From positions 10,478,001 to 10,542,000 of the forward strand of contig NC_079167.1 of NCBI RefSeq assembly GCF_947568905.1: a stretch of 64,000 nt of DNA, given 5' to 3'. Made by a program: the position numbers and the translations under genes. The notes beneath the pieces are model-generated. The model did not search any database, had not been told where the DNA came from, and saw only the letters and a list, made by a program, of their open reading frames with translations. Positions 59,756 to 64,000 of the stretch are shown here, in pieces. The stretch is from Ostrea edulis (Eukaryota). Within the stretch, counting starts at the first letter, position 1. Each line of letters begins with the position of its first letter.

Positions 59756-62700
59756 TGATTTTTTTACCCTTTTTTCAGCTCTTGGTGTGTTTGCTAAGAA
59801 GATAGTTCAGGTCAGAACAAGATTTGGTCCTATCCTTGCACCAGTGAAACACCGTGTTAGATCTCAACTTCCTCCACAGAATGGAAATGTTCATTCAGAC
59901 AGTCTACAAACTAATGCACTCAGTAATGACATACCAGCTACTTCTTTGCACAGTCAAATGTCAATACCACAGCATGAAGATAAGTCTTCACTGTCGTCCA
60001 GCGATCAGATGCTGCAGAGTGTCAACCGCAGTATACAGGAGGTGGCTATGGACCGCAACAATGTAGAGCACCAGGATATTGTCCAGCAGGCCCTGGGCAT
60101 CGTCAAACTGGCAGATGATCCACATGCGACGGGTCCGTACGGAGATGTGAATACGACAATAGCCAACACACTGTCAGAGACAATCCATCTTGCTACATCT
60201 TTAGCCAGTGAGACGATGTCAGCTGCAGGACAGTTTGGAACTAATCAGATAGGAGATGACCTTAGTCTGGCAGTCCCTATTGAATCCACCATGAATCCCA
60301 GTGTGACTGAGGGTCTAACACTGACCCCCACTCAGGCCCAGAGTCTACTGGCCCATATGGACACATCAAATTTTCCCTCAGTGACCAATAGTGGGGCTAT
60401 GATCACAAATCAACAGGACATACTTAACAGTGTTACAACTGAACCACAGCTGCTAACACAGACTTCTGAATCCCAGGTGGTGGGTGTGGTTAAAAATGCA
60501 TTACAAGGGGTTGTTAATGATATGATGCATGAAGTCTCCTCTGCTCCAATTCAGCCGAAGGTGGAAGAGCCATTGGCATCCAACCCTGCTGATCAGCCTT
60601 TTGTTATTAAGGTATGCTTATACTTCATGGTCATCACCTGTTTCTTATTAAGGTGTGCTTATATTTTGTAGTCAAAAGATACCATATAGTGGGTTACATA
60701 GCTTTCCACCAAAATTTCACTCACCAAATTGCAACAGCAGTATTTGCAAGAGAGATAACTCTTCCTTGTTCTCCAAAATTTATTCTGCTAAAATTATTAG
60801 CATACCTTTGAGCCAGCAAATCGCCAAATTTTAAACCCGCGGAAAAAAAACTCACTATATGGTATATATTTATCATTGTCAAAGTATTATCAGAGGAATT
60901 TGTTACTTTATCTGACTTCAACTTTTTATTATGTTTCTCAGATCTTCCATGATGATGGTTATGAGGAAGAACTGGATGTGACAGATGAAGACAAGTGTAA
61001 TTGGATGATGTTTGTGAGGCCTGCAAGAACTGCAGCAGAGCAAAATGTGGTTGTCTGCCAACACCAGAACAAAATCTTTTTTGTTTCTACCAAGGTATAC
61101 ATCTACATTATTCTGTCTCTTAAGTTTTACATGCTAAAGAATACACTAATATTTTTTTTTTTAAAGTTTAAAAAAATTCCCCACACTAAACAGTTTCAGA
61201 TATCTATTAGAGCACCTCAATTTGGTGACCTATTGCAGCATCCGTGTCCACAGGAATTTTCCATCGTAAACTTTTGAACATTTTAAAAGATTTTCTTAGA
61301 CTTTAAGGCTAATATTTGACCAAAATTGGTATGTAGCATCTTTTATGGTAGAAGAACTGAACTGAAATTGTGAATTTGTGCTGCCGGGGGGGGGGGGGGG
61401 GGGGGCTTCTAGGCTTTTTAGTGTAGTTTCAGATTTGGACTCTAGGGCCACAATAGGGGTTCAAAGATAAACATTGATTACATATATAGGAAAGCAAAGG
61501 TATAGATTTTCAAATATGATATGAAACATCTTCATGTAGTACAGTTTTAGATTAGGGAAACTTCTCAAGAGCTACAAGAATCGATAAGCAAGCATCTTCG
61601 TGTAGTGTTTTATCAAGTTTGTTGATACCACGACTCCTGTGGCCTGGACAGGGTCACAATAGGGGTTCAAAGTTTAACAATGTTTATACATTGGAAATAT
61701 CTTTTCTAATTTTTTTTTTTTTCAAGAACCACATGGGTACAATTTTATGAATTGATGAGGCCAAAATAGAGGTTCAAACTTTAACTTTGGTTTATTTAAG
61801 AAAAATCTTTGAAATTCTTCATTTCAAGACTTATTGTTTATTTGCAAAACATTCTCCTGTAGAGTAGTTTCAGATTTTATTATGTCACTATCCTTGGGGA
61901 CAGATTGAGGCCCAATCTAATTAAAAATCAGACTTCTTAGATCTGCGCCATATACTCTGCATTAGAAGATCTGACATAACTCGACTAGGGGTCATGTGAA
62001 CTGTATGTTGGCCAATCAGCGCATCGCCTATGAAATCGTCTGTGTTCGCATTTCAAGGACAATGGCTGCGATTGTTTGGTTCGAAAGAAAACACATCACA
62101 GCTAGATGCGACATCACAATGCACCGTTTATGTTGACTGGCATTATATCCTCGCATTAATTAAGTAAACCATCTTGAAAACTATTCATATCGTACCCATC
62201 CCTATTCATACATAAATGGTAATTCACAATTAATTTAATTTGGGTGTATTTCATATCGTACGTTTTGTTGTTTGTATGGACGGAATAGATTGGGCATTAT
62301 TGCAAAAGTTTAAAATTCATTATGTGAGAATATGCAATTTTACAGTGTAGAATAAACTTTGTGGGAGAGAGATTACGGCAACTTGTTTACGAATTGCCGG
62401 GAACCGCCGAAATAGCCATCATTGTCTGTATGGCGCAATTTGACTGGCTGATAGTTCTCATGAATATTCCTAGCCAAAGGTTATGCGGACATGACCTTCT
62501 ATGGGGTTATGTCAGATCCTATTGTAGCGAATGTGAACGTATTCTAGTATCTGATTTCAATTAGATTGATTGAAGCCACAATAGGGGGTTCAAAGTTTAA
62601 TACTGATTATGTATAGAAACAATCTTTAAAATACTTTTTTTTTAAAAGAACCACAGCAACACAGATTGTCAGGTGTCATCTTACCGCAGCGAAGTTTCAG

Positions 62701-63283
62701 ATTTGTTCATGCAGTGTAGTTTCAGATTTGTTCATGCAATAAACCCAGGGGCAAGGGCAGAGCCACCATGGGTTCAATAATGATGCATTTTTATTTAAAA
62801 TCGTGTCAATATATTCAAGGTAATATATATTGTTGAAATGAAATGCAAGCAGCTAACTACATGAAGTATAGACTGATATTTGCTCACTTCACACTTCTTG
62901 GTGTTCAGGTGAGTGACATGGCCCATGGGCCTCATGTTATTTGTATGATACTCAGATGCCTGTTTAGGCCTATTAACCTCTTGTATTTTTGAGAGCATTG
63001 TTAGATATGAGTTAATTTTGTTGTAGCCTATTCCCTCAAACACAGAAATCAGGGTATGGTATGAACCAGACTATGCCGTGTTAATGCAGAAAGAACTGCT
63101 TACTGAAGTAGAAGGACCAACAAACACTGCAGGTTTGTTATCTTTTCTTCTCTGCTGATATACTGTCTGGAGTAGCATTAAAAATGATAATGAGACATGG
63201 TTGTATTTATTAAATTTGTTTACAGTATTCTTACCACAGGCACCCGACCCTGTACCTTGTGCTCTCACCCACTACCTCTTTGA
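59222..63283 (+). CDS. PR/SET domain protein, PRDM10/PRDM15-like, with a large insertion in the PR domain; 3' end uncertain
   Basis: Exons 59222-59246 (MTNRHEDQ), 59363-59491 (WHQD...DIPSRARLTCP), 59779-60611 (LGVFAKK...RFGP plus long insert...FVIK), 60942-61094 (IFHDD...DEDKCNWMMFVRPARTAAEQNVV...IFFVSTK), 63027-63132 (PIPSNTEIRVWYEPDYA), and tentatively 63240-63283 (GTRPCTLCSHPLPL*). All phases consistent. Confidence 0.85.
61400..62970 (+). mobile_element. Decayed HINE family A in PRDM intron, split by a Mutator-like insertion
   Basis: Repeated gggccacaataggggttcaaag units; 3' end ttcaggtgagtgacatggcccatgggcctcatgtt at ~62905-62940. Confidence 0.55.
61913..62568. mobile_element. Mutator-like non-autonomous element (imperfect long TIRs, 9-bp TSD)
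   Basis: caatctaattaaaaatcaga...gatctgacataac..ggtcatgt versus the reverse complement of 62496-62568. TSD attgaggcc (61904-61912) / attgaagcc (62569-62577). Removing the element restores the host repeat attgaggccacaatagggg. Confidence 0.7.
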
Positions 63284-64000
63284 TTTATTTCTCACAAATT
63301 TAATGTTAAGATTGATCATTTCTAGGGCTTAGACATTACACCCCTCATGCTATGTATTGTTATATACTGATGGTCATTTTTTTTTTCAATACAAAACGGT
63401 GTCTAGTTTGTTTGTATGATATGGGGATATAAAAAAAATAAAAGCATGGTATAACTTTGCTAGTTATGTAGAAATTACTCTATGCTTTCTATGTTTTCAT
63501 GCCCCTATAACAAAATAACAATGGACCTTCAGATAGATCTAGACACTTCAGATTCCATACAATGTTTTTTGGGAATGGATTTTGTAAAACGTTTTGTTCT
63601 GGATCTGGACATTCATTTTATTTCGCAAAATGCATTTCTCCATTATATTTTAGTGGTAATTTTTTATTGGTCTGTCAGATTTGATCAGCTGTTCAGGGCT
63701 GGTTGTTGTAAATCTCTGTTTTTATAGAAAGGTATCCACCTGTGACCAGTCATCAAAGACTCACTGTGAGGTTAGTCATAGGTCATGTGCATGAGCAGTT
63801 ACTCCCCTTGCCGTTGCTAAGCGGACTGTAAACACACTGCCATTTGCATTTTCATCTCGAATGCTGAGACATGAAAGTCGTCGATATATCATGTAATAAA
63901 ATTTATTAGAAAACTTGGGGGGGGGGGGGGGGGCTAGTCAAGCTGATCATGTGAGTTAACTATATAGATAAAATGTCAATAACAACATGTTTTGAGGTAG

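Overview
AT-rich animal genomic DNA. The repeat families look like those of an oyster (ostreid bivalve); this is an inference from memory, not a database result. The ORF track is mostly uninformative because the genes are spliced, so I rebuilt five multi-exon genes by hand with consistent splice phases: (1) a secreted ZP-N-like protein (minus strand, runs off the left edge), (2) a secreted, possibly GPI-anchored Reeler-domain protein (minus), (3) FBXO32/atrogin-1 (FBXO25/32 family, minus, 8 exons, one GC-AG intron), (4) CHCHD7/COX23 twin-CX9C protein (minus), and (5) a PRDM10/15-like PR/SET protein (plus) head-to-head with CHCHD7, whose PR domain is split by a ~240-aa insertion. The rest is dense, often nested mobile DNA: 8 loci of a Penelope-like (Naiad-type) retroelement, an RTE LINE, CR1/L2-type and BEL/Pao relics, tRNA-derived SINEs, non-autonomous Helentron-like (HINE) elements with internal satellites, hAT-, Mutator- and Tc1/mariner-like MITEs with readable target-site duplications, and several minisatellites. 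I found no CRISPR array, true tRNA/rRNA gene or prokaryotic system. Repeat boundaries are approximate; exon boundaries were counted by hand.
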